A DNA stretch of 63,864 nt, filler included, from Rhabdomonas costata (taxonomy: Eukaryota): assembly GCA_019059605.1 (NCBI GenBank). It is 47 parts of 47 records of this genome, joined end to end, with 100 filler letters (N's around TTAATTAATTAA, not from the genome) between each part and the next. Parts side by side here need not be neighbours in the genome. Positions count along the whole stretch, not along the records: positions 50,365 to 51,625 come from JAHMHO010021552.1; positions 51,726 to 52,985 come from JAHMHO010021553.1; positions 53,086 to 54,345 come from JAHMHO010021554.1; positions 54,446 to 55,705 come from JAHMHO010021555.1; positions 55,806 to 57,065 come from JAHMHO010021556.1; positions 57,166 to 58,425 come from JAHMHO010021558.1; positions 58,526 to 59,784 come from JAHMHO010021559.1; positions 59,885 to 61,144 come from JAHMHO010021560.1; 39 more parts are not named here. One strand, given 5' to 3'. Position 1 is the first letter of the stretch. Every line of letters starts with the position of its first letter. Below are positions 50,365 to 63,200 of this stretch, piece after piece. The position numbers were made by a program, and so were the translations under genes. The notes beneath the pieces were generated by a model. The model saw only the letters and a program-made list of their open reading frames with translations. It ran no database searches and was not told the DNA's origin.

Positions 50365-51090
50365 GTGGTTGTGTGGGAACAGCCGGTCGGCGGGTACTAG
50401 TTCAGGAAGCCGCTGGAGGCGCTGTTCCTTCAGTTCCAAGATGTTTCCGTCCTTGCAGATGGCACGCATTGTCTCTTTGAGCACACTGTGTCCTCGTGCG
50501 GGAGTTTCCGATCCCAAGCATTTAGTCAAGTGCTTCCCTTCGATGTCGCCCTGGACACCGCAGTGGTGGTAGCATGTCCCTTCTTAGATGCAAGGGAGTA
50601 CAAGCAGCCATGCTAGTGCTGCGCGGAACTTACTGGGCGCCATAGATACCAAGGGATTAGATCCAGTCGCGTGCGGGGACTGAAGAGTCAGCAGGCGTTC
50701 CTTGGCTTCCTCCCCAAGCTTGCGAAGCTTGTTTTTTGTGGTTGTGGCACGGACGGCTTTGTTTTCCCGCACTGCTGCGCATAGAATCGAGCTGCTCTAT
50801 CAATTTCCGCTTTCAGTGTGATTGGGTTGTTTTGCCGCTGAGGAATGTGGTCGCCGTTGCTTACGAGCATAGCCAGACGTGCGGTGGACACCTTTGCCCT
50901 GGTATCCCTGATACCCAGAGAGGCTGGAATGCAGGCGTGCTGCCGTGGTGAAAGGAAGCCCGACGCTGGTCTTCAGCGTGTCCATGCCCTCGTTAAGCAT
51001 CAGTGTTAACGTTGATTCCGACCATGGTACGTGGGGTTGGCCGCAGGTGTAACGGTCCAGATCACCCAGATCACCCAGATGTTCCACATT
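50365..51090 (-). mobile_element. Degenerate CRE/SLACS-like non-LTR retrotransposon, C-terminal zinc knuckle and restriction-like endonuclease
   Basis: ERLLTLQSPHATG..MAPSKFRAALAWLLVLP..CYHHCGVQGDIEGKHLTKC..RGHSVLK..PAD, with stops and frameshifts. Confidence 0.7.
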
Positions 51091-51725
51091 CAGAGACAGA
51101 GGGGAAAGTCACATGCGTGAGACACACACATTTTCCAGAGGTTTCCAGATTGCCCTTTTGTCAAGGGTCAGCTGAGACAGAAGTCAAAGCTCAGCCACTC
51201 GTGAGCCATCTCCTGGACAGCTGGGCGAGAAGGCGAGCAGAGTAGGGCCAGATGAGAGAGGGAAGGCCAGCAGAGAGACAGTGGAAAAGACCCCGGGCGA
51301 GGCAGAGGGAAGTCACGTGGAATGAGGTAGACAGCACACAGCCTTTTTGAGTGGGAGATTGGGGAAAGGCATAAGCGGCGAGACCCGCCCAGCGAAACCA
51401 CCCAACAGCCCAGAAGGTGTGGGCACCAAGGCCCGGCAAAGAGACCCACCTGTACCAAAAAAGCCTTCAAGTGCCACAAGTGACCCCCCATGGTCTGCAG
51501 AGTAGCGCCCCCAGAGGTCGCCAGATTTACGCCGAAGCGGCTTGGTAAATCGAAAAGTGGTTGGCACCCCCGCCCCCGCTTCAAAAAGGCGACGCCCGCA
51601 CAGAGTACCAGAGCGACCCCCAAAANNNNNNNNNNNNNNNNNNNNNNNNNNNNNNNNNNNNNNNNNNNNTTAATTAATTAANNNNNNNNNNNNNNNNNNN
51701 NNNNNNNNNNNNNNNNNNNNNNNNN

Positions 51726-52873
51726 GGTTGTTGTTTCATTCTTCTCGGCATTCGTGATGATGTTTCTGATCGGAGGTGTGTGTGTGTGTGTGTCTCTTTG
51801 AAGTTATTTTGCTCCCATGTATTTGAGCAGTTTCTGGTTGTCACTACTCGGTTTTGCAGCCATCATCGTTTACTCCGTGGATGAATTTGTGAATCACTCC
51901 GAAAAGTGTGTTTCCTTTCACCCATGTCGAAAGCGTAACTTATGTTTCTTCAAAATCCTCTTCCTTGTTTTGCAGGTACGTTACTCGCGTCAGCGAGCTC
52001 AGCGGCACCCTTTTTACTGTAATTGTGAAGCTCGGGCTCAGTGCTCCCCAGCACAAAGGTGTGAACTTTTTGCATCTCAACAGCTAGTCGAGGGGAAAAT
52101 TTACAGTAAAAGTAGCAACTGAAAAAGTGTGTTTCTCACCAATCGCTCGTTTTTCCGGAAGGATTCCCCTCGGTTTGGGTTGCTGGGACAGTGCATATGT
52201 TTGTATCTTTTTGTGTGCATAAGAAAAAAGAGGAAAATTTGGGAAAGTGAAGGGGAAAAAAGACTCTTGACGTCTGGGTTTTATGACTCTAGACAATGAC
52301 ACTAGTTTGGATTCCGGATGCGACATCAAATGAAGCGACAAAGATAAAGTGCATGCGTTCAATTCTGCACGCTGCGGACCCGAATGTGGCTGTTTGTGGC
52401 TGTGCTCGATTGTTCTCACCGGTTTCTTTCAGAGCGGATCCTGGACTATGTCTCGCAGCTGCCTCTTGGCTCAATAGTCGGTGACCTGGCCCACAACTTC
52501 CTCACCTTGATGATGACCACCGTGCTGGTGATGATCCTTGTGGCCTACTTGCTGCTGGGCCGCACGGAGGCTGATAAAAGCGCTATCCGCAGGGAAATTG
52601 AGCTGAAGATCCGGCACTATATCGTTTTAAAGGTGTGCGCCGGATGTGCATCTGGACATGTTTTGTGCAGGAAGACGGAAGACGGAGGACTCTGCTGATG
52701 ACTGTGAAAAAGCCTTGACGTCATTTATGCGCGATGACCACAACGCTACATATATTATGAATTGGAGGCATGAAGGTACGGCGGAATGTGGTCTAATTTT
52801 GCTTGCTCACGTTCAGGTCCTCATCTCTGCTTCATTTGGGATTCTCGTGGGTGCCATCCTGCTGCTACTGAAG
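51726..52873 (+). CDS. AI-2E (UPF0118/TqsA) family transporter; exons start-51775, 51860-51905, 51976-52004, 52433-52632 and 52817-52873
   Basis: TM helices followed by IELKIRHYIVLK|VLISASFGILVGAILLLLK, typical of AI-2E. Phases are compatible. Confidence 0.75.
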
Positions 52874-52978
52874 GTATCCACCTTACACTTCGATCGGTGT
52901 AGTGGGCATTGATGAAGGCTTTTTCACAGTCATCAGCAGAGTCCTCCGTCTTCCGTCTTCCTGCACAAAACATGTCCA
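52653..52978. repeat. Inverted repeat (about 64-bp arms, 52653-52716 and 52915-52978) at the contig end, probable chimera
   Basis: Perfect reverse complement ending at the contig terminus. Confidence 0.75.
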
Positions 52979-54130
52979 ACACACANNNNNNNNNNNNNNN
53001 NNNNNNNNNNNNNNNNNNNNNNNNNNNNNTTAATTAATTAANNNNNNNNNNNNNNNNNNNNNNNNNNNNNNNNNNNNNNNNNNNNGGTTTGGCACGGTGG
53101 GTCGCTGGTGAAGGGAAGGACATCACATTGTGATGAGGTAAGGGTGCCACGAGTTGGCTTGGCGGGATGACTGAAGAGTGCAGGGCGATGAGCAGTCCTC
53201 TTCAGCCGATAATAATTGGATTCCTTGAACTGCCTTCTCTCTTCTGTGGCATCCTCCCTTCCCGGCGCAGGAATGGCATATGCCTGCCGAAGTTGAGATA
53301 TTTTATATGGGTTGGTGTTGTGAAAGCCGACTGAAAAGATGGAAATATGACTCAGCCCGTCCCTTCCATCTACTGACCCCGCAAAAGCAATATTTACTTA
53401 ATAACCCTTTCCGCTCTCTTTCGATCTCCTGGAAGCGTTTCTGCATTGCTTTCGAGTTTCTGCAGTCTTACCCTTGCGCAGCGTCTGCGAGTCCCACGGC
53501 TCCTCCTCGGGCGGCCTCCCCGGTCCGTCAATCTGTGCCCTCCCCTCGGGTCCACACCCCTTCTCCCACAGCCATGACTGCTGTGCGGTACGTCCCTTCT
53601 CCTAGTCCTTCCTCATTTCCTCATGCCCCCGTTGTCATTTGCTACCTTACCCTTTGCTACCCTTGATGCGCAACAGAAGGGTGGGCACAACTGTCGACCT
53701 TCAGCCTGAATCGTGAGGGGCCAAGGAAAGCTTCCGGCCAAAGTACAAATGACATTCCAAGTGTTAGCTGGGCAATGCAAGCCAAGCTGTGAAACTGTAG
53801 CAGTTCAGCGTGGCAAGTACTTCGTCCTGGAAGTCGTCGCAAGGATGGGAGGCAGAGTACCACGTTCAGGTAATTCTGTACTCCTCCACGGGCCACTGTG
53901 CCTTTTTGGGCTTTGAGGTATATGCTGTTTGGCGCTGCCATGTGCACTAGCCCGCCCCCAAACACCCACCTACATATACGCACTCACAGTGTCAAGAAGA
54001 AAGAAGGCAAGCGATTTTGCTTTTTAGTTTGACTGGGACTTTGACCGCTTTTCTTGTCTGGTGCCCCGTACATGTCCGTTCTCAATCACTTTCCGTGTTT
54101 CTGTCGTGCACATCTGACCCCTTGTCATAA

Positions 54131-54254
54131 GCCCTTGCTCACTTCGCTACATTTTTCCTCATTCCTCCAGAACTCTTCCTTCTTTTCGTCCCGCTTGTTC
54201 ACTTCGCTACATTTTTCCTCATGCCGCCAGAACTCTTCCCTCTGTTCGTCCCGC
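54131..54254. repeat. 60-bp tandem duplication, two diverged copies
   Basis: CACTTCGCTACATTTTTCCTCAT..CCAGAACTCTTCC repeats at a 60-bp period. Confidence 0.9.
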
Positions 54255-56260
54255 CATATACTAATTCTTCCCGAGTCGCCTTTCAGCTGGATAGTGCTCA
54301 CTCTCCAGCGGCCAGAATAGTGGGGGGGGGGGTCACCCAACCACCNNNNNNNNNNNNNNNNNNNNNNNNNNNNNNNNNNNNNNNNNNNNTTAATTAATTA
54401 ANNNNNNNNNNNNNNNNNNNNNNNNNNNNNNNNNNNNNNNNNNNNGTTGTGGTGTCAGCCTCCCGAGCGCTATCTGTGCAGTCTGTCCCATTAGAATGCG
54501 TCAAATCCGGTCTGAACGGGGTGGTTGATCGGCTTCGACTCACGCACCCCTTGGATAAGGGACGACTTTTGCTTCCTGAAACCAACCGGTCGCAATGCCT
54601 GGATAGCGCTCGGGAGGCTGACAGCGCTCGCACAATTGTACTGAGTACTCGAAGCAGCAACTTCAGCGTGGCCACCTCCGGCACGGTGGCATCGGTTTGC
54701 TCGGAGGCCCTGGAGTAGGCGAAAGTAAAGGAGAGATAGGCGTGCTCCTGCGATCACGTTTCCGTTTCCTTGCACCGCACCGGTGGCGAGAGAATAGTGT
54801 GATTCTGGGCTTTCTTGTTGCTATGTGAATAATTAAGGTTGGCGGAGATGGCCTCTCTTCGCCTTCTTTGTGGCTGTGGATTTTCCTGTCTTTGGCCGGA
54901 AGCCCCGTTTTTTCTGAAGGATGCTTGTGTACCCTACACACGTCCCGTTGCTCAGTTCGCCTGACCACTTCATGCTGTCCTTCTTGTATACGATTTTCGC
55001 TGTTTTTTCTTGTTGTAATATGTACAGCCATTATTAGCAGCATGTTTGTCAACTGAGGGATGAGAAAATTTATGATGGACCCCTCCATCGTTCTCTTCTG
55101 ACTTTGCTTGCACTTCACATTTCTGTCAATAGTGGACCGGTTTTGATGAATTACGAGTTTGTTATTGATGTATTGCTCGTGTTTGGCTTTGCGTTTTGCT
55201 GCAGTCCTTGCTCGTGCAGGATGTCCTAATGATATCGTTGCCAGTGACCTTTTCCAGAGTTTATGGGAACCTTTAAACACACTTCCACTTGCTGGAGCCA
55301 CTTTTTTCGGGGTCTGTGGAAATGCCGCTTCCCTCAGCTCTCGCTGTTGTCTCCTCTCTCTGTCTCTATCCTTCCCGCCTTCTTCTTTCAAGACGTTATC
55401 AAAATTTCTGGTGCCTGGGAGATCATCCCAAGTCCCCCGCAGGTGGTGACCTTGCGTGGTTAAAATCACATCTCCGCCTCACATTCTTCGTTCGAGGTGC
55501 AGTCACTTCTGTTTTTGAGGTTGGTGATGCTCATTTTTTTGTGCTCCTGGAAATCTCTGTGAAAGCACCCCTCCCCCCGAGTATGCTCTCTGTTGGCTCT
55601 GTTCTCGCGCGACGCTTGCTTTTTGGTCTCGTTTTTCTGTACCCTTGGCTCTATTTAGTTTGAATCGTTGTGCGTGCGGTGGAAAGCCCTGAAGGCCGAA
55701 CTTTCNNNNNNNNNNNNNNNNNNNNNNNNNNNNNNNNNNNNNNNNNNNNTTAATTAATTAANNNNNNNNNNNNNNNNNNNNNNNNNNNNNNNNNNNNNNN
55801 NNNNNCTACTCGCAACTCGCACAGCTGTTGGTCCACCTTCTTTGGATGGTTAGGGTTAGGTCTGGCGAAACTGAGCAAATGGTACCACTGCTCCCCTCCA
55901 ATTGTTGAGCTTCAACCGGTTCCAACCAAACAGTTCTCAGAAGGGCGGAACTCAATTGCTATGGGAACCCCCGGGGGGTGGGCGGTCTCTATCCACTCCA
56001 CCTAAACAGTGAGTAAGCAACTAAAACACAAAAAGCGGAAGGAAAGGAAGCGTTCGACCCGCGAGCGCAACCTTTTGGCTATGCTTGGGTATTTTTGGCC
56101 GTTTCGATTTTCAAGTTGCAAAACATGCTGTAAACAAACGACAACAGGAGGTGGACACTCGGGTCGAACGATGTCAATGGCTGCGCTGCCACAAATACAA
56201 AGACAGAAGACTCGGGGGCTGAAGGGAGGGATGGGGTGGGGGTAGGAGCGCAACCCTAAC

Positions 56261-56478
56261 GTGGAGGTAGGACTCGTACTGCTCCCGTAGTGGGACCGTC
56301 GCCGCGAGGTGGTCGGAGCCCGTCTCGGAGCCCGCGCTGCTGGGGCGGCCCGCCTGAGTCTCGTGGCCGAGCACAAGCACGTTGGTGGGGTACATCGTGG
56401 TCTGCAGGTTGGCGTGGGGGTGCCACAGGAAGTGCAGCAGCTCGCGGTGCAGGGAGTGGATCGTCTTCTCCCCTTCTT
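56261..56478 (-). CDS. Putative exon, unknown protein
   Basis: CAG/GT-bounded GC3-rich frame EGEKTIHSLHRELLHFLWHPHANLQ..EQYESYLH. Confidence 0.55.
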
Positions 56479-57165
56479 CTGCAGATGGGTGGAAAGGCAA
56501 AGGATAGGATAGGGGAGGAAAAGGACGTTTTAGCGATGCAAAAGAAAGCAGAATGAGCAGAACCCGTACGCAGGTGCAAAGGTTGAACCCCTAATTTCAG
56601 CACGTCTTCAGCCGCGTGAAGAGAAGAAGGTTGGACCAGTACCAAGACAGACTTCTCAAGGTGTGCCCCAAATGCAAATCCGGAGGGGCTCCAGCGCACG
56701 GAACGAATGAATGGACCAGAAAGGTAAACGAAGTAAAGAACCTGGCTTACAAGGCAGCAAAAGGGCTTCGCCAAAAATGGGAAATGAGGCAAGCAAACAA
56801 GAGGACTTGGGAGTGTCAAAAACAATATAGGAAGCAAGAGGACGGAAAGAAAGCCGGGGGGGGGGCGGATGCGGATGCCAAGGGGTTGGAGAACCCAACC
56901 AAAATACGCGCTGGAATTCAGGTAACGCGAAATCGCAATGGAATCTCACGCATCAGGGGCAGTCTTTAAAAAAAAAGGTAGGGCGTACCGTAGAGACGCT
57001 AAAATAAAAAGTCCGCGGGTGAACCCTTGCAGCCCCAGACTTGGGCAACGGACAAAAAACCTGTTNNNNNNNNNNNNNNNNNNNNNNNNNNNNNNNNNNN
57101 NNNNNNNNNTTAATTAATTAANNNNNNNNNNNNNNNNNNNNNNNNNNNNNNNNNNNNNNNNNNNN

Positions 57166-57237
57166 TTGAATCTATGAGCTTGGGAACTACTGGAACGGCC
57201 TTATGCATAGACGCCCACATCAGAGCGGTCCACCGCA
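57166..57237 (-). CDS. Ankyrin-repeat exon fragment
   Basis: RWTALMWASMHKAVPVVPKLID matches the ankyrin WTALMWA pattern. Confidence 0.5.
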
Positions 57238-60200
57238 CTGCTGAGGGGTGCGTGGTGCCTGCGCAGTCTGCAGCTGCGCACTCATCACTCGAGAATCGCA
57301 TACAATCGTGATTGCATACCATTGTATCGTGGGATGGAGGAGTTACCCCAACGCGGCCAAGACGCTCTTCTTAGTCGCAGTGTTTTTAGCAGCACTCTCA
57401 TCGACAAGGAAAAAACTAACAGGTGGTATTCACATGGGATATCACACCAGTATGCCCTCCAAGCAAGCACCCTACAGGCAGCGTGACTCCGGCTATTGTC
57501 ATATTCTCCTTCTCCACTCTGGCGCTGGCTTCAGCTTCGGTCCCTGAGGAGGGGGATTATGTAGACACTCATCTGCGAATAGTGCAGAAAAGAAACTCAA
57601 CCCACCTGGCACCATCCTTATCCAGCGCCTTTCTTCTGGGTGACCGCCGGAAAATTGTACTGCACACCTGATTCAAAATCACACCAGTCACAGCGACCCT
57701 GGACAAGGAGAATTGCTTCCTGGAACGAGCTCGACAGTTCGTCGGTGGAAAAAGATCAAAAAACCTCTTGCGCGTGTGCGATGTGTACAAAGTTCAGAAG
57801 TTTTTGTGGTGGGTACGACGGACAGAAAAGCAGGAAAGCTGTTGGGAAAGAGACCATCCGTGCAAATGCGCCGGACGAAAAGGAAGCATGAGAAGTCCAG
57901 GAAACAACCCGATCACTGTCTCAAAATATCCAAAGTTAAAACAACCTCTTTTTGAAAGCCCTGTCCTCAAAGAAACACCCACCCAGACAAGAAGGGGTTG
58001 GAAATCGACTAGAAATTCACTTTTGAGACACAGTGGATGAAGCGCCAACGGGAGGCGACCTTCCGTCTTGCTTCAGGCCAAATAAAAAGGGGGAACATCT
58101 CGATGTCAGGGAGGGGGAAAGCCAACTATGGCGGGCCACTCAAAACCGAATAGCACCCTCACGCCTCAAGCAGAGCAGGGCAGGGGTAGCTGTGCATGGC
58201 TGCTGACGAGAGAGACACGAGGTGTGATGTGCTCGAGCGTTGCAGCCACACCACACGAGGTGCAGGGAACCAAACCAAAAATTGCGTGTGATTGGGGATC
58301 CTTGGAAGCAAATGTCATCGCCTGCTGTCCCCCGCCCATCATGAGCGAATCGAAAGGATACGCGGAAAGGAAGTGGAGAGGTGAAAGCAAAATGGGATGG
58401 GAGGAAAAAGAGAGGTGAAATCAAANNNNNNNNNNNNNNNNNNNNNNNNNNNNNNNNNNNNNNNNNNNNTTAATTAATTAANNNNNNNNNNNNNNNNNNN
58501 NNNNNNNNNNNNNNNNNNNNNNNNNGTTTTTTTTGCCAGACCCAACGCCTGGCTCCTCGACAGCAAAGGGTGGACACTGAGCAAGTGGATACAAAAAAGG
58601 GCCACTCAGACCCGTTACCGCACACTATTCGGGCACCACTGGCAAACTGCGCGAGTCGACACTTACTAACTCCAAAGAACCAAGCAGCCAAATAGGAGGC
58701 ACAGCCGATGCATAGTGGACAGTCCTCTCCTTCAGTTCAAAGACTTTTCACCCACCACGGGATCTGGAGAGAACGAAACGCAACAGAAGCATCCTCAGTT
58801 CCACAAATGCGGTGGTGGTGGTGGTGGTGGTGGCAGTGGTGGTGGTGATCTGCCAGGGTCAAACAACATGGCCATTCACGCGGCACGGGTGTTGAAGACC
58901 AGAAGCAGAATTGGCAGGGAACAAGCCGGCACAACAAAGTGAGCATTGAGCAGAAAGAAGAAAGAAAAGTAAGCTTACGCGATAGTCGGAACACAGCCGC
59001 GTGATATGCACTGAGGATAAAAAGCCCGTGCCGGAGTAACGGGGTTTGAAACTAACCAAGACCCAACGCCCATTCCCCCCTACCCTCGTCCCTAATGCTC
59101 CACAGAAAGACTTCAGCCCAAGGGCAACTCGCCAACATGAGTCAACCCATTACCGTTGCCACGCCTGCGCAGGAGGAACGTTTCCAACCACACGGGAGAG
59201 AGTGGGCCATCCAAAGGGCGACTTCCTGGAAACAGAGAGAAGGAGACAAAGTGCTGGAGCAAGAAGAAACCCCAGGCCTGGTGACTGACTGCAGTACAAA
59301 AGGCCGAAAAAAGGCAGAGCCGGCGCGGCGCGGCGCGAGAAAAATTGCGCTGCTCCAGAGGTCCTTGCGTTGATTTCAGAAAGCATGCTCCACGGCCTAG
59401 CATGGCCCTCCCGGCCCCGCACACCATGGAGCTCATCCTCTTTCTTCGTTTCGATTACGCACAGCATGGCACCATTCTGCAGAAGGGTATCCCGTTAGAG
59501 TTGAAGGGAAGAAACCTGAGGCGTTTGGGGAAGAGATCACACAAAAGAGAGCGACACGAGGAGGGAGGAAGTGAGAGGAATAAGGATGGATGGATGGATG
59601 GATGGATGGGGTGGGGGGAGGACGAGAAGGGGCCGGTCAACGTACGTGCTCTGTGGATGGGATGCTAGGAGACAAAGGAAGTCTCAGGCAAGGGCTCATT
59701 GCCCTCTTGAAAAGAGAAAAGGAGCCAGAGGCAGAGGCAGAAGGAGAGGTCTGAAGTTACTCAGATAAACGAGCCCCACCAACCNNNNNNNNNNNNNNNN
59801 NNNNNNNNNNNNNNNNNNNNNNNNNNNNTTAATTAATTAANNNNNNNNNNNNNNNNNNNNNNNNNNNNNNNNNNNNNNNNNNNNGTGTGTGTTTGTGTGG
59901 ATGGAGGACCGAAAACCGTCCGCACATCACACTCCGCTGAATCGCTGGCATGTGCAGGTTTTTTGTTTCGCGAAGAACGTCCATTTATGTGCCTTTTCTT
60001 TTTTGCTCTCGCCTCGGGTGCGCGCTGGAGTGAGATGAAAGAGCCACCGCAACAGAAAAAAGAGGGGGGGGGACACAACGCTGTTAAGCGTTTGCACATG
60101 AAGAAGGGAGACTGCACTTGTTGTGCCCGCGAAGGCCTTGCTTCCTTGAGATGTTTGAAATTCATGTTGAACTGACGCTTTGGCGGAGAAGTGGGGCAGG

Positions 60201-63200
60201 AGGTTTGCATCTGATTCAGAAGGTGAAGGCGACCGCACAGGGTCACACCGTATGACACGCATTCATTCAAGGTTCCCTTTCAACGCAGGTTCAGTCGGGG
60301 GGACAGCGTAAGTAACACGTACACATAGATGTGCAAACGCACACCAGGGCGGTGAAGGAGCGGCCAAAAAATAGAGGATAGACCCGACTGGTGACGGCGG
60401 AGAAAAACCACCCCCGCGCCCTCAGCACCAACTGAGGCAACCCCAACAGTCCCACCGCCATGTCCACAGAAAGAGAGAGGCTGTGCGTGACAAGAGGACA
60501 ACAGCACACCGACCAAGAGAAGCCGCAAAACAAGAACAAGCTTCAAGCAACACGGCTTCGAAAGGAGAAGAGCAACCACACGTGGGCATGATGGTAACGA
60601 CGTGTGTTTTGAGCGCAAGGTGCGGAGCTGACGTTTCCGTTCCCACGACGCCGCACAGGGAATCTCCCTTCTGAAAATCAGCACCACCGCCACTGCGCGT
60701 TTTTGCAGAGAGGCTGGGGAAGGCCCCACTTGGCAGAGAGCTCAAGCAGTTGAGGCGGCACTAGTAAGTAAGTATAGTTACACCCCGAAACACAGAAGAA
60801 CGCGTGTGATGCATTCTGAACCTCGTCGGATTTGTCGGACCATATATAAATGTCATCGTCTTCAGTGTGGCAAAGTTATAAGTTCCAGTGACACAACCCA
60901 CCATTTTCGTGCATAGGACGTTTCCGCGCAGTCGGCGCGTGAATTTTTCTTTCAAATTCAGTCAAATTCAGTCACCTTGCATGGCACGTGGTCTTCCAAG
61001 TGGCCCTATCTAGCCAAGCTCCCACAACCCCACACCCGCACCATTGTACAGCCCTCCCCAACTTGTGGGGGGTTCCCCCCACAGCTGGGTCATCCTTTTG
61101 ATATTTGGTGATGGACGATTCGCTCTGTAAACTCCAAACACAAANNNNNNNNNNNNNNNNNNNNNNNNNNNNNNNNNNNNNNNNNNNNTTAATTAATTAA
61201 NNNNNNNNNNNNNNNNNNNNNNNNNNNNNNNNNNNNNNNNNNNNAAGAATCACGTTTTTTCCGCTCGGACGTGCCGTTTACGCCGAAAAAGGGCCATGGC
61301 AAGGTCGACTGGGTCCGAGGCAAAGCCACTTGAGGGGACAAACAGGGGGGTACTAAGCTGGGACACGGTTTGGGAAGATGCAAACGGGAAAACAATAGAC
61401 ATATTTGCAGTCCATGTTGGACTATGTGACCTGCCACCATGTTTTCGTGGTCGCAGAGTCGGAAAACGCACCTCCGAAGTCTTGGCGACACCATTTTACA
61501 GTTTAAAATGGCCCAAATTTGGATCTCAAGGGCCTGTTTTAGGTTTTAGGGCTTTTAGCTCATGACCACCCCACCACCGCGAAAAACGTCGATTTTGGGT
61601 CAAAAAATTTGACCCCCATGAAGCGTTTTCTCTAGATTCAGAATCAGAAGAGGATTGAGTTTGCCTGTCATAGCATGCCTTTTATCGTTGACCACGCCGA
61701 ATTTTGAGCCCTCGCGGGTCCCCGTACGCAGTTTAAGTCACGGAATGGCATAAAGTGTACTGCAGGCGTAGTACAGAGGAAGGTCCGGTTTGGGTCCTTA
61801 GGTCAACATTTTCAACATTCAGTTTTTGATTTCATTCGTTCCTGGATGCAAAAAGCAGTGGTTTGGCACATCTAGGAACATGTTTTCACGTACACTACCA
61901 CGTGTTACAGCTCCCCAAACCCCTGAGCAGAGTCCACGCCCACTTTCGCCGCCTAAAGAAGCTTGTAATGGCGAAATTGTACCTTTCCGAGAACCTTACC
62001 GTGGTTCATATGCCAGACAAGACTTGAAATGGTGACACAAACACCCATCTTTTCGGGTTGTAGAGTTGCACCGCATCGCCGACACCATTTTACACCCAAA
62101 AAAGACCTAATTTTTGGTCTCAGTGGCCGCTTTTGGCAGCTTTGCTTCTTCCCAACCACCTCGCCACCACCGCACCAAAAAAGTCGATTTCTGAGTCAAA
62201 CGTGGACACAAGAACGGTTGTATCTGATATAGCATCGAAAGAGGAGCGATTTTGCCTTTACAGGATGCCAATTCTCGTCGACTGCGTCGAGATATTAAAG
62301 CAAACGGTGATCCGCTGGCCAGACTCCCCACATCCCAAGACGCATAGACAAGTTGTTCCATCCCCACTGGAGAGATTATGCTGGACGCAGCGGTCAGCAA
62401 CCCCCCATACCTGAGCATCAGATGCATCAGAAGTCACCAACTCCTGTCACCAACTCCTCCACTAACCCACAGCAAATCCACAACCCCCCACACACACCCA
62501 CCACNNNNNNNNNNNNNNNNNNNNNNNNNNNNNNNNNNNNNNNNNNNNTTAATTAATTAANNNNNNNNNNNNNNNNNNNNNNNNNNNNNNNNNNNNNNNN
62601 NNNNTGGGTGTGGGTGGGTGGGTGGCGGGCATATGGTGTGGAAAAAGCCACCTCCGTGAGAAAATTGCTGTAGTCCTGCAGCAAGACCTCTCCTTTACGG
62701 CGTAGAGTGGGCATGAAATTCGCAAGCCGCAGCACCATGACTGTAATCTGCAACGGCCGCGCGGAGGAAAGCCAAAAATGCAGTGTCTGGGGGAAGGAGC
62801 AGGTGGCAAAACGAAAGCACACCAGCAGGGCGGCGTTGCATGATAGCATCTCGCAGGTAAAAAACACCCCCGACCCTCGCGAAGCAGAGATGACAACTCG
62901 AGCCCTTAACTACCCCCGCATCCACAATCGGCTTACTTTGACATTTATCTTTGTTTTTGACAATACTCCTGCTACACTTTAACTTTTGGGGCCTTTTCAA
63001 ATTCCCACTGCTACCAAACCTCATTATTTCCCACTGTATTAAAGGGTTTGAGTATGGGTAAGTAAGGGTATTAACGATTCACCCCCATCTCCGCGCCGCC
63101 TTCTCCTGAGCGCACATTGCCGTGTCTGATGCAGCTCTGAACAGTAGCTCCGGTCGTCACTATCTTCACTCGAAACAGCATCTCCAGCCCGTGCAAATCA

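Noticed and set aside
55848-55861. TTAGGG telomeric repeat
   Set aside because: Only about two units, and internal.
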